From Candidatus Omnitrophota bacterium (GTDB lineage Bacteria; Omnitrophota; Gorgyraeia; 1-14-0-20-64-10), in contig JACQCH010000007.1 in the NCBI GenBank assembly GCA_016201735.1, forward strand, positions 17,900-81,899: DNA of 64,000 bases, written 5' to 3'. The notes beneath the pieces were generated by a model, which saw nothing but the letters and a program-made list of their open reading frames with translations, made no database searches and was not told the origin of the DNA. A program made the translations under genes and the position numbers. Numbering within the stretch: position 1 is the stretch's first letter; every line of letters begins with the position of its first letter. Shown in pieces: positions 1 through 7,662 of this stretch.

Positions 1-661
1 GGTTTTCTTTGAGCGACACTCTGGCCGTCGGGCCTTCTCCAAGAAGACGGTGGAGTTCCGTGATTGCTTTAAAGGGAACAACGACCTGGTATTCCTTTTT
101 GGCGGTACTGCTAACCTGCTTCTCGATCAGCGCCAGGCGGTGGCCGTCAGTGGCAACCAGCCTCAAAAGATTCCCTTTTGTAACAAAGAGAATCCCGGTG
201 ACTACGTAGCGGGACTCATCTCGAGAAACAGCGAAGGCGGTTAAGCTTAGCATCTCTTGGAGCAGTTCTTGATCGATGACCAACCCGTCCTGATTCTCTA
301 TTTGTGGGATGCGTGGAAACTCCTCACGGGGAAGGCCGACGATCTTAAAGAGGCCTTTCTCACATTCGATTCCAACTTGCTGATTCTTCCGGGTGCTTAG
401 CTGTAAAGAGGTGTTTGGAAGCTCTTTGACCAGGTCAAAAAACCGCTTGGCGGGAATCGTGATGGCCCCTTCCTCCTGAACCTGCGCTGGGAGGGTACAT
501 GAGATCCCCAGCTCAAGATCGGTTCCCGCCAAGTACAGTCCGTCTTTTCGTGTTTCTATCAGTAGGTGGGAAAGAATTGGGAGCGTGCTTCGTGTTGGGA
601 TAACCGGGTAAACGGTTTGGAGCCCTTTAAGCAGGTGTTCTCGTGAAACGTGGACTTTCAT
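1..661 (-). CDS. dnaN: DNA polymerase III beta subunit (sliding clamp), N-terminal ~220 aa; gene runs off the left edge of the window
   Basis: Manual minus-strand translation from ATG at 661-659 gives MKVHVSREHLLKGLQTVYPVIPTRSTLPILSHLLIETRKDGLYLAGTDLELGIS...IPAKRFFDLVKELP, a typical beta-clamp N-terminus. Frame stays open to position 1, so it is absent from the ORF track (incomplete). Sits directly downstream of dnaA. Confidence 0.8.
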   Translation of the reverse strand, partial: MKVHVSREHLLKGLQTVYPVIPTRSTLPILSHLLIETRKDGLYLAGTDLELGISCTLPAQVQEEGAITIPAKRFFDLVKELPNTSLQLSTRKNQQVGIECEKGLFKIVGLPREEFPRIPQIENQDGLVIDQELLQEMLSLTAFAVSRDESRYVVTGILFVTKGNLLRLVATDGHRLALIEKQVSSTAKKEYQVVVPFKAITELHRLLGEGPTARVSLKEN

Positions 662-844
662 CGTGTCTTGTTGTTATTAGTTAGATTAATAGTAACAGTA
701 ATAATAACTGGTGTTGAATTTGTTGAAAAATCACCTAACCAGCTTACTATAAAAAGGATAGGATTCAACACATAGAGTGAAGAACTCGCGCGTTCTCTAA
801 ACAAACCCCACACCTCATGAGGGCCGAACCGAGTTTTCAACAAA
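662..844. promoter_or_regulatory. AT-rich dnaA-dnaN intergenic region; candidate DNA-unwinding element / part of oriC
   Basis: A ~100-bp stretch of very low GC (ttagattaatagtaacagtaataataact...) in an otherwise ~60% GC genome, between dnaA and dnaN. No perfect TTATCCACA DnaA box was found by eye. Confidence 0.25.
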
Positions 845-2254
845 CTATTCACAATTTTCACCCAACATCTTAACCAGCGTAGCCAGCAGTTCCTGAAGCT
901 TCGGGTCATTTCCCCTAGCTGAAGAGACCCTTTGGCAGGCATAGAGAACCGTTGCGTGGTCCCTGCCACCAAAGGCCTCTCCGATGGCAAGCAGAGAAGC
1001 CTCGGTCAACTCCCGCGAAAGAGCCATGGCGACCTGCCGGGGAAGGGCCACCTCCTTGGTCCGGCGTTTTCCACGGATGTCATTCACTGTTAGGTTAAAA
1101 TAACTCGCCACCACCCGCTGAATTCGCTCCAGAGTCACCCGTTTCGCCGTCTCGGCGACCATTCCCTTCAAGGTCTCCTGCGCCATTCCGAGCGTAATCC
1201 CCCGGCTCACCAGGACCGAGTAGGCAATGACCCGATTTAAAGCCCCCTCCAGCTCCCGAATATTGGAAGAAACCCTCTCAGCGATAAAAAGGGTCACGTC
1301 GTCGGGCACCTCCTGTCCCTGAGCCGCCGCCTTTTTTCGGAGAATGGCGACGCGAGTCTCCAGATCCGGAGGATGGATGTCGGTCACCAGCCCCCACTCA
1401 AACCGTGAAACCAAACGCTCCTCGACGCCGCGGAGCTCTTTCGGAGGCCTGTCGCTGGAGATCACCAACTGCTTATGGGCGTCGTAGAGGGCGTTGAAGG
1501 TGTGAAAGAAACCTTCCTGCGTCGACTCCTTCCCTCCGATAAACTGAATGTCATCGATCATAAGAACATCGGCCGACCGGAATCGATCCCGGAAAGAAGC
1601 CATCGTCCGGTTTTGAATCGCCCCAATGAGTTGATTCGTGAACCGTTCGCTGGAAAGGTAGATACACCGTGCCTGTGGAAAACGTTCTTGGAGCCGGTGT
1701 CCAATGGCCTGCATCAGGTGGGTCTTCCCCAACCCCACCCCCCCATAGATAAACAGAGGATTGTATGCCTTCGCGGGGGACTCACTGACCGCCAGCGCCG
1801 CCGCATGGGCGAACCGGTTCGAAGGGCCGATGACAAACTGTTCAAAGACGTAGCGGGGATTCAAGACCGGCCTGGGCCCGACGGGAGACGAAGAGACCTC
1901 CGGCTGCTCCAAGGATTTCTCGGGAAGCGTCGCCGTCGCCTGAGCGGCGCCCGTCATCAGGCCGTGCAGGTTTGCCAGGGGCTGTCTGGTTTGCGAAGCG
2001 ATCGTGAACTCGATACGCACCTTGGAGGGATAAAGGCCTCCCAGGATCCGGTCGATCAGCTCCGTGTAATGACTGGAGATCCAATCCCGGAAGAACGGGC
2101 TGGGAACCTCGACGATGAGAGAGGTTCCGGTCGACGACACGGCCCGCGTCGGCTGAAACCAGGTTTCGTAGGCTTGACTCGGCAACTCACGCTGAATGCA
2201 GGCGAGCGCCTGATTCCAAAGATTGAGATCCAACGGTTCCATTCGAAAGGACAA
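845..2254 (-). CDS. dnaA: Chromosomal replication initiator protein DnaA
   Basis: 469 aa. Walker A GGVGLGKTHL, AAA+ core, C-terminal DnaA-box binding helix (KRRTKEVALPRQVAMALSRELT). Confidence 0.95.
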   Translation of the reverse strand: MSFRMEPLDLNLWNQALACIQRELPSQAYETWFQPTRAVSSTGTSLIVEVPSPFFRDWISSHYTELIDRILGGLYPSKVRIEFTIASQTRQPLANLHGLMTGAAQATATLPEKSLEQPEVSSSPVGPRPVLNPRYVFEQFVIGPSNRFAHAAALAVSESPAKAYNPLFIYGGVGLGKTHLMQAIGHRLQERFPQARCIYLSSERFTNQLIGAIQNRTMASFRDRFRSADVLMIDDIQFIGGKESTQEGFFHTFNALYDAHKQLVISSDRPPKELRGVEERLVSRFEWGLVTDIHPPDLETRVAILRKKAAAQGQEVPDDVTLFIAERVSSNIRELEGALNRVIAYSVLVSRGITLGMAQETLKGMVAETAKRVTLERIQRVVASYFNLTVNDIRGKRRTKEVALPRQVAMALSRELTEASLLAIGEAFGGRDHATVLYACQRVSSARGNDPKLQELLATLVKMLGENCE

Positions 2255-2311
2255 GTCCTCAAATAATAATGCGATGGATGAGACCCCGCATCATAACATG
2301 CGGGTGCTTGT

Positions 2312-2341
2312 TTGACAAGGGTGCCGCCGCGCTGTTAGAAT
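2312..2341 (+). promoter_or_regulatory. Sigma70-like promoter (TTGACA-18-TAGAAT) driving rpmH; predicted transcription start falls at the left end of repeat copy 1
   Basis: ttgaca at 2312-2317, tagaat at 2336-2341. Confidence 0.4.
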
Positions 2342-2350
2342 GCAACCCTC

Positions 2351-2551
2351 ATGACCCCGCCCCTCCATGGGTTTCTCTGGAGCAAGGTGGGGATAACGCA
2401 CGTTCCTCAGAGTATCAGAGGGGGGACCTTGTACATTAAGGCAGCTTCTAACTTGCTCCAGAGAATAAAAGCTCATGAAGCTTTTCGGGACGCCCAAGAG
2501 ACTCCTCAAGGGTGTCCCTCAAGCGTCCCGACCCATGGAGGGGCGGGGTGA
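2351..2551 (+). repeat. TIR-bounded structured repeat, copy 1 (201 bp) in the rpmH 5' leader
   Basis: Left terminus aTGACCCCGCCCCTCCATGGG and right terminus CCCATGGAGGGGCGGGGTGA are perfect 19-20 bp inverted repeats. Internal hairpins (ctctggagcaagg/ccttgctccagag; aaaagct..agctttt; cgggacgc..gcgtcccg). ~80% identical to copy 3. Confidence 0.75.
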
Positions 2552-2685
2552 AGAAACACCTGAAGCCGATCTCGATCCTCAAGCGGAAACGCCGGCATGG
2601 ATTTCGTCGACGGATGTCCAAAAAAGGGGGCCGCAAAGTGCTCAGACGCCGACGACAAAAAGGGCGCCGCCTCCTGATTCCGTGA
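2548..2685 (+). CDS. rpmH: 50S ribosomal protein L34
   Basis: Frame from GTG 2548 gives [45 protein letters not shown] (45 aa), a classic L34. The GTG lies inside the right TIR of repeat copy 1, 8 nt after GGAGG. Confidence 0.8.
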   Translation: MKKHLKPISILKRKRRHGFRRRMSKKGGRKVLRRRRQKGRRLLIP

Positions 2686-2688
2686 GGA

Positions 2689-3072
2689 TTGAAGAGCGGC
2701 CCCTCCGAAATGCGGCCGGCCAAGCTGACAAAATCAAAGCGATTGATGGGAGGAGACGGTTTTCGACGCCTTGTGCGGTACGGGAAACGTCTTCGGGCGA
2801 GCGATTCCCTCCCCGCCGGCTGGCTGAGCTTAACGGTGCTTCCCAACGGTTTGTCTTACAGCCGGTTCGGTTGCACCGTCCGTCGACGGGCAGCCGCCGG
2901 AGCCGTTTCTCGGAACCGCTTAAAGCGGTGGCTCCGGGAGGCGTATCGGCTCAACCAGAGCGAATTTCCGTCGGGGGTCGACCTGCTGGCGGTTGTTTTA
3001 CAAGCCCCTGCGGGACTTACTTTTCAGACGGCGCAGCAAGCTCTGCGGAACCTTTCCCGCCGCCTGGCCTAG
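2689..3072 (+). CDS. rnpA: Ribonuclease P protein component
   Basis: 127 aa; KLTKSKRL...[16 protein letters not shown] motif; follows rpmH as in the conserved rpmH-rnpA-yidD-yidC operon. Start could be ATG 2710. Confidence 0.8.
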   Translation: MKSGPSEMRPAKLTKSKRLMGGDGFRRLVRYGKRLRASDSLPAGWLSLTVLPNGLSYSRFGCTVRRRAAAGAVSRNRLKRWLREAYRLNQSEFPSGVDLLAVVLQAPAGLTFQTAQQALRNLSRRLA

Positions 3073-3083
3073 CGGCCAGGATT

Positions 3084-3314
3084 CTGTTTCGAGGGATTCG
3101 GTTTTATCGAGAGGCCCGTTTGAGCGGGCTCTTTTCCACCCTTGGGCTGATCGAATCCGGGTGTCGATTTTATCCAACCTGTTCCCGATACATGGAGGAG
3201 GCGGTGGTGCGGCATGGGTTTTATAGAGGGATACGGCTGGGTCTGCAGAGGATGCTTCGGTGCCATCCGCTCCAGCAGCCAGGTGGATGGGATCCGGTGA
3301 TAGAAACGAAATGA
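3084..3314 (+). CDS. yidD: Membrane protein insertion efficiency factor YidD
   Basis: C-terminal part of ORF 2475..3314 reads [47 protein letters not shown], the YidD signature. Start codon uncertain (CTG 3084 or TTG ~3117). Confidence 0.65.
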   Translation: MFRGIRFYREARLSGLFSTLGLIESGCRFYPTCSRYMEEAVVRHGFYRGIRLGLQRMLRCHPLQQPGGWDPVIETK

Positions 3315-3448
3315 CCCCGCCCCTCCGTTCCTGCGCTGTCGAACAGCGCAGGACAGCCAAGATAGAGTTTGACAGCGCCTGTGCCGAGCGATTGCTCGGC
3401 ACCATGAAAGGCCGTTCGGCCTTTCATGGGAACGGAGGGGCGGGGTGA
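3311..3448 (+). repeat. TIR-bounded structured repeat, copy 2 (138 bp) between yidD and yidC
   Basis: Termini TGACCCCGCCCCTCCGTTCC / GGAACGGAGGGGCGGGGTGA are inverted repeats sharing the ACCCCGCCCCTCC core with copies 1 and 3. Interior is three perfect hairpins (cctgcgctg-tcgaa-cagcgcagg; gccgagc-gatt-gctcggc; catgaaaggcc-gttc-ggcctttcatg). Confidence 0.75.
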
Positions 3449-4974
3449 AACCTGAACAGCGACTCTTGTTGGCGCTCGGGCTTACCTTGGGGATCCTCCT
3501 CTCCTGGACGATGCTGCTTCCTCCCTCACAGCAACCCCCCGCGACAAATACACAACTTAATGGAAATAAAGTAATTAGAAAAATAGATAGGCTGGCGGAG
3601 CCACTTTTTTCGGTGGAGAATGGACCGTTTAAGTTAGGGATAGGAACTCAGCGAGGCGGCATTCAAACCGTTCGGGTGGAAGGAAGCGATCTATTGGTCT
3701 CTGCTAACCCAGGGCTGTTCCAGGTGGAACGGATAGAATCCAGCGAGACGCCCCTGCAGTTTGAAAGTCGATGGGAAAGCGGAACCCTTTTAAGCACGTC
3801 GGACCTGACTTCTCAAGGGAGCCGAATCATTCGTCAGATTTCAATTCCTGGGGATAGCCATAACTATTTGTTGGAATGTAAGTTAAAACTATCAAACGAA
3901 TCTAAAACAACCCAGGAATATCAACTCCGGATAGTAACGTATCTTCCCCTCCATCTGCCGATCTCCAGCGATCAAAGGTATCAGGATGGGATCGTTTCCA
4001 TCGATGGGAAGATCCAACACATTCGCCTAAAGCCGAACCAGATACTTCGGTTTTCCGGATCCCCCGCCTGGATCACGGCTCAAGGGAAATCCTACGCCCT
4101 TATTCTCCAGCCCAGGGTTCCTTTGGGAATGTTCCACGTGGAACATTCCTCCTCAGGGGTTCCGGTTGGGTGGTTGACCCTCCCTCCGGTTGAATTGGCT
4201 CCCGGGGGACAGAGCCAGTGGGATTTTAAGCTGTACGCGGGGCCGATGAGCCTGGAAAGCTTAAAGAAAGCAGGACTAGAGGAAACTATTTCTTTTGGGG
4301 CATTTTCCGGTATAGCGAAATTCCTTTTCGGAATCCTCCGCTGGAACCAGGGCTGGATGAAAAATTACGGTTTAGCAATCGTCCTTTTAGGATTTCTGAT
4401 CTGGAGCCTCTTTTTCCCGGTGACCTGGTCCGGCATCCGGATGACAAAAGTAATGGCAAAACTGCAGCCCCAGATGGAGAGGATCCGGAAAGAGTACGGG
4501 AAGGATCCGCAGCGGATGAACCAGGAAATGATGCGGTTATATAAGAAAAACAGGGTGAACCCATTAAGCGGATGCCTCCCACTCCTGTTCCAGATGCCGA
4601 TATTTATTGCTCTGTTTCAGGTGCTGAGCCGGTCGCCGGAACTGCGGGGCGCAACCTTCCTGTGGATTCGAGATCTCTCAGCCCCAGACGCCCTCATTCA
4701 TTTCCCGTCGACGATTCCTCTTTTGGGAAACAGTTTAAATCTCCTGCCGATCCTGATGATGGGGGGTATGTTTCTCCAGCAGCGGATGAACAAGACTCCT
4801 GAAACCACCCTTACTGAAGAGCAAGCGATGCAGCAGGGATTCATGCGCTGGTTTCCCCTCCTCTTCGGATTCCTCTTCTATAGTCTTCCTTCCGGTCTTG
4901 TGTTATATTGGGTGACCAATACCACTCTAACGCTCGGGCAATATCTCCTTTATTTTCGACTGCATACAGAATAA
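3445..4974 (+). CDS. yidC: Membrane protein insertase YidC
   Basis: 509 aa; N-terminal TM, large periplasmic domain, C-terminal 5-TM core (GCLPLLFQMPIFIALF...). The GTG start lies inside the right TIR of repeat copy 2. Confidence 0.9.
   Translation: MKPEQRLLLALGLTLGILLSWTMLLPPSQQPPATNTQLNGNKVIRKIDRLAEPLFSVENGPFKLGIGTQRGGIQTVRVEGSDLLVSANPGLFQVERIESSETPLQFESRWESGTLLSTSDLTSQGSRIIRQISIPGDSHNYLLECKLKLSNESKTTQEYQLRIVTYLPLHLPISSDQRYQDGIVSIDGKIQHIRLKPNQILRFSGSPAWITAQGKSYALILQPRVPLGMFHVEHSSSGVPVGWLTLPPVELAPGGQSQWDFKLYAGPMSLESLKKAGLEETISFGAFSGIAKFLFGILRWNQGWMKNYGLAIVLLGFLIWSLFFPVTWSGIRMTKVMAKLQPQMERIRKEYGKDPQRMNQEMMRLYKKNRVNPLSGCLPLLFQMPIFIALFQVLSRSPELRGATFLWIRDLSAPDALIHFPSTIPLLGNSLNLLPILMMGGMFLQQRMNKTPETTLTEEQAMQQGFMRWFPLLFGFLFYSLPSGLVLYWVTNTTLTLGQYLLYFRLHTE
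4130..4145. promoter_or_regulatory. parS: parS centromere-like site TGTTCCACGTGGAACA (inside the yidC CDS)
   Basis: Perfect 16-bp palindrome matching the parS consensus TGTTNCACGTGNAACA; extended palindrome AATGTTCCACGTGGAACATT at 4128-4147. Confidence 0.6.
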
Positions 4975-4976
4975 AG

Positions 4977-5180
4977 ATGAAACAGAAAGAAACCCGATCT
5001 GTAGAGGCAGAAGGACGCACCGTCCAGGAAGCGATCGGGAAAGCTCTTTCGACTCTTGGGGTTCCTAGGAGTTCCGTCACGGTTTGGGTATTGGCGGAGG
5101 AAAACAAAGGGTTGTTCGGGATGCGGGGAGCCAAACCTGCCCGGGTGAAAGTCAGGCTGAAGGCCGAGAATAAAACCTGA
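4977..5180 (+). CDS. Small Jag/KhpB N-terminal (Jag_N) domain protein
   Basis: MKQKETRSVEAEGRTVQEAIGKALSTLGVPRSSVTVWVLAEENKGLFGMRGAKPARVKV resembles the Jag_N domain. Occupies the position where jag normally follows yidC; only ~68 aa, with no KH/R3H part. Confidence 0.5.
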   Translation: MKQKETRSVEAEGRTVQEAIGKALSTLGVPRSSVTVWVLAEENKGLFGMRGAKPARVKVRLKAENKT

Positions 5181-5196
5181 TGTTCCACGTGGAACA
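5181..5196. promoter_or_regulatory. parS: parS centromere-like site TGTTCCACGTGGAACA immediately upstream of parA
   Basis: Identical 16-bp palindrome to the 4130-4145 site; intergenic, 23 bp before parA. Confidence 0.65.
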
Positions 5197-5218
5197 CCTG
5201 TCCTGAGCTAGTCGAAGA

Positions 5219-6166
5219 ATGTCCAAAATCATCGCGGTCTGTAATCAAAAAGGCGGGGTCGGCAAGACCACGACGGCAATTAACCTGGGAGCCGACCTGG
5301 CCTTCTCCGGAGATCGAGTTCTCCTGATCGACCTGGATCCCCAGGCGAATGCGACCGGCGGACTGGGAATTGATAAGAAAGGGGTTTCCCAGTCGATTTA
5401 CCAGGCGATCTTCGACGGAGTTCCGATGGGGAAGGCCGTTCTGACGACTAAGATTCCAAATCTGTGGCTGGTTCCTTCCCAGACCGCTTTGTCCGGCGCC
5501 GAGGTAGAATTGGTTAGCTTGCCCGCCCGCGAAGAACGGCTCAGATCGGCCCTGACCCCCCTGCGCTCCTCCTACGATTGGATCCTCATCGATTCTCCTC
5601 CATCCCTGGGACTCTTGACCGTCAACGCCTTGACTGCGGCCGACAGTATCCTCATTCCTCTCCAGTGCGAATATTACGCCCTAGAGGGGTTAAGCCAGCT
5701 TCTGGAGACCGTCCGCCTGGTTAAGGAGCATTTGAATCCTGCCCTATCCATGGAAGGAATTCTCCTCACCATGGCTGATTTTCGGACGAAGTTAACCAAC
5801 GATGTAATCCAGGAAGTCCGCCGGTTTTTCGGGTCCCAGGTATACGACCTGGTGATTCCCCGGTCGGTTCGTTTGAGTGAAGCCCCGAGCCACGGGTTGC
5901 CGATCCATCTTTACGATCCACAGTCCGCCGGGGCCAAAGCGTACCGACTGTTGGCGGAGAGAATAAAGAGTTGCTGCCGGCCCGGGGAAACCGGAAGCTG
6001 GCAGCCAAGACAAGAGGAGAAAAATGCCGATGCCAGAGAATCGTGGACTAGGCAAAGGGATACGGGCTCTGATTCCGGAGGGGCCCCCGCAGTCCAAGAA
6101 GACCTCGGAGGAGCAGATCAAAGTTCCTCTGGAGGCGATCCGGCTCAATCGATTCCAGCCGCGTAA
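5219..6166 (+). CDS. parA: Chromosome partitioning ATPase ParA/Soj, with an unusual ~60-aa C-terminal extension
   Basis: MSKIIAVCNQKGGVGKTTTAINL deviant Walker A. Frame stays open past the usual Soj end (…AYRLLAERI) and overlaps parB by 143 nt. Confidence 0.85.
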   Translation: MSKIIAVCNQKGGVGKTTTAINLGADLAFSGDRVLLIDLDPQANATGGLGIDKKGVSQSIYQAIFDGVPMGKAVLTTKIPNLWLVPSQTALSGAEVELVSLPAREERLRSALTPLRSSYDWILIDSPPSLGLLTVNALTAADSILIPLQCEYYALEGLSQLLETVRLVKEHLNPALSMEGILLTMADFRTKLTNDVIQEVRRFFGSQVYDLVIPRSVRLSEAPSHGLPIHLYDPQSAGAKAYRLLAERIKSCCRPGETGSWQPRQEEKNADARESWTRQRDTGSDSGGAPAVQEDLGGADQSSSGGDPAQSIPAA

Positions 6167-6908
6167 GAAAATCGATGAACCGAAGATCCAAGAATTAGCC
6201 GAATCTATACGTCAAAGTGGTTTGATTTACCCACTTTTAGTTAGGAAAATAGATAAAAGTGGTTTGAATAGACCAGAATACGAATTAATCGCCGGAGAGA
6301 GAAGGTATCGGGCCCTTCGTTTGATCGGAGAAACTGAGGCCCCCGTCATTGTGAAGGAGATTCCCGACCAGAAGGCGCTGGAACTTTCCCTGGTCGAGAA
6401 TCTTCAGCGGGAGGGACTCAACCCCATCGAAGAGGCGTTGGCCTATCAACGGTTGGTTCAGGAGTTCGAGTTGACCCAGGAAGAAATTGCGGCCGCAATG
6501 GGAAAGGATCGGGCGACGATCGCCAACACCTTGCGGCTTTTGAAGCTGGATTCCAAAGTGCGGGAGGAGCTGATCCAGGAACGGCTGACCCTGGGGCATG
6601 CCCGAGCGCTCCTGGGGGTCGAATCACAGCCGGCCCAAATCCTTTTGGCTCAGCGGATCGTCGCGCAGGGGCTTTCCGTCCGTCAACTGGAGCGGATTGT
6701 GCGGGAAATGACCACCCGATCCCGGAGAGGGCGCGTCTCTAAGACGGAGGATCCACACCTGAAGGACGCAGAGGGCCGTTTGAAGAGATCGTTGGGCACA
6801 CACGCGGAGATTCTTCCCGGAGGAGTTCACGGGCACTCCGGCGGCTGGATCCGGATCGCCTATTACTCTTTGAAGGATTTGGACCGCCTCTTGGCAAGGT
6901 TGACTTGA
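6024..6908 (+). CDS. parB: Chromosome partitioning protein ParB/Spo0J
   Basis: N-terminal RGLGKGIRALIP, GERRYRA motif, HTH, C-terminal dimerisation domain. Confidence 0.9.
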   Translation: MPMPENRGLGKGIRALIPEGPPQSKKTSEEQIKVPLEAIRLNRFQPRKKIDEPKIQELAESIRQSGLIYPLLVRKIDKSGLNRPEYELIAGERRYRALRLIGETEAPVIVKEIPDQKALELSLVENLQREGLNPIEEALAYQRLVQEFELTQEEIAAAMGKDRATIANTLRLLKLDSKVREELIQERLTLGHARALLGVESQPAQILLAQRIVAQGLSVRQLERIVREMTTRSRRGRVSKTEDPHLKDAEGRLKRSLGTHAEILPGGVHGHSGGWIRIAYYSLKDLDRLLARLT

Positions 6909-6939
6909 AAGGCCTATCTTCTATAATAGAATTTTTACC

Positions 6940-7143
6940 ATGACCCCGCCCCTCCATGGGTTTCTCTGGAGCAAGGTGGGGATAACGTGTGGGTGTGTTC
7001 TTCCGAATATTAGAGGTCAGACATTGTACATCGAGGTGACTTCCAACTTGCTCCAGAGAATAAGAGCTCGTGGAGCTTTTCGGGACGCCCAAGAAGATCC
7101 TCAACAGCGCTCGGGCGTCCCGACCCATGGAGGGGCGGGGTGA
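6940..7143 (+). repeat. TIR-bounded structured repeat, copy 3 (204 bp) between parB and ndk
   Basis: Same termini as copy 1 (aTGACCCCGCCCCTCCATGGG ... CCCATGGAGGGGCGGGGTGA). Internal differences from copy 1 largely preserve hairpins (agagctc-gtg-gagcttt vs aaaagct-catga-agctttt). Confidence 0.75.
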
Positions 7144-7646
7144 TCCAACAAACACTGGTTTTAATCAAGCCGGATGGGCTTGTCCGCTCCCTGACGGGGA
7201 ACATCCTGACCCGGCTATCCGAGACGAAGCTGGAGATTGTGGCGGCCAAGATCACCCGGGTTTCCAAAGAGGTGGCGGAAGCCCAGTATCGCCAGCTTCG
7301 GGACAAACCGTTTTACCCGGAGCTGATCCAGTATCTTCAAGGGGAACTGCACGACCGCCGAAAGGTTCTGGCCATGATCTATTGGGGGCAGCATGCGATC
7401 ACGAAACTGCGAAGTCTGGCCGGATCGACAAATCCCGAAGAGGCGGATCCGGTTTCCATCCGGGGTTCTTACGGGCGGATCCGAACCAGCGGCCTGTTTG
7501 AAAATGTCATTCACGCCTCTTCCTCGGAAGCGGAGGCAGAGCGGGAGATCAAGCTTTGGTTTCAACCGGATGAGATCATCGTAGACCTTTACCCCACCCA
7601 GGAGGTCACCTTAAAAGAGGTAAAGGTTCGGCAATGGGCTCCCTGA
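7140..7646 (+). CDS. ndk: Nucleoside diphosphate kinase
   Basis: VIQQTLVLIKPDGLVRSLTGNILTRLSE...; Ndk fold motifs plus a C-terminal extension. The GTG start is inside the right TIR of repeat copy 3. Confidence 0.85.
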   Translation: MIQQTLVLIKPDGLVRSLTGNILTRLSETKLEIVAAKITRVSKEVAEAQYRQLRDKPFYPELIQYLQGELHDRRKVLAMIYWGQHAITKLRSLAGSTNPEEADPVSIRGSYGRIRTSGLFENVIHASSSEAEAEREIKLWFQPDEIIVDLYPTQEVTLKEVKVRQWAP

Positions 7647-7662
7647 ATTTTCCCTCGAGCAG

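Noticed and set aside
9-244. Plus-strand ORFs 9..209 and 50..244
   Set aside because: They lie antisense to the dnaN coding region, which translates cleanly as a beta clamp on the minus strand.
661-844. Looked for canonical DnaA boxes (TTATCCACA/TGTGGATAA) in the dnaA-dnaN spacer
   Set aside because: Only weak matches were found, so the region is reported as a candidate DUE only, not as a defined oriC.
2351-2551. 66-aa ORF MTPPLHGFLWSKVGIT…VPTHGGAG and its 67-aa twin at 6940..7143
   Set aside because: Both ORFs coincide exactly with the TIR-bounded repeat; their ATG and TGA are part of the terminal inverted repeats. Sequence differences between the copies preserve RNA hairpins rather than showing a protein-like substitution pattern. 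Best explained as a non-coding repeat.
2475-3314. 279-aa ORF spanning the rpmH-rnpA-yidD region
   Set aside because: Only its last ~75 residues (YidD) are meaningful; the rest is an alternative frame across rpmH and rnpA, which have clear family signatures in their own frames. This is a GC-rich read-through artefact.
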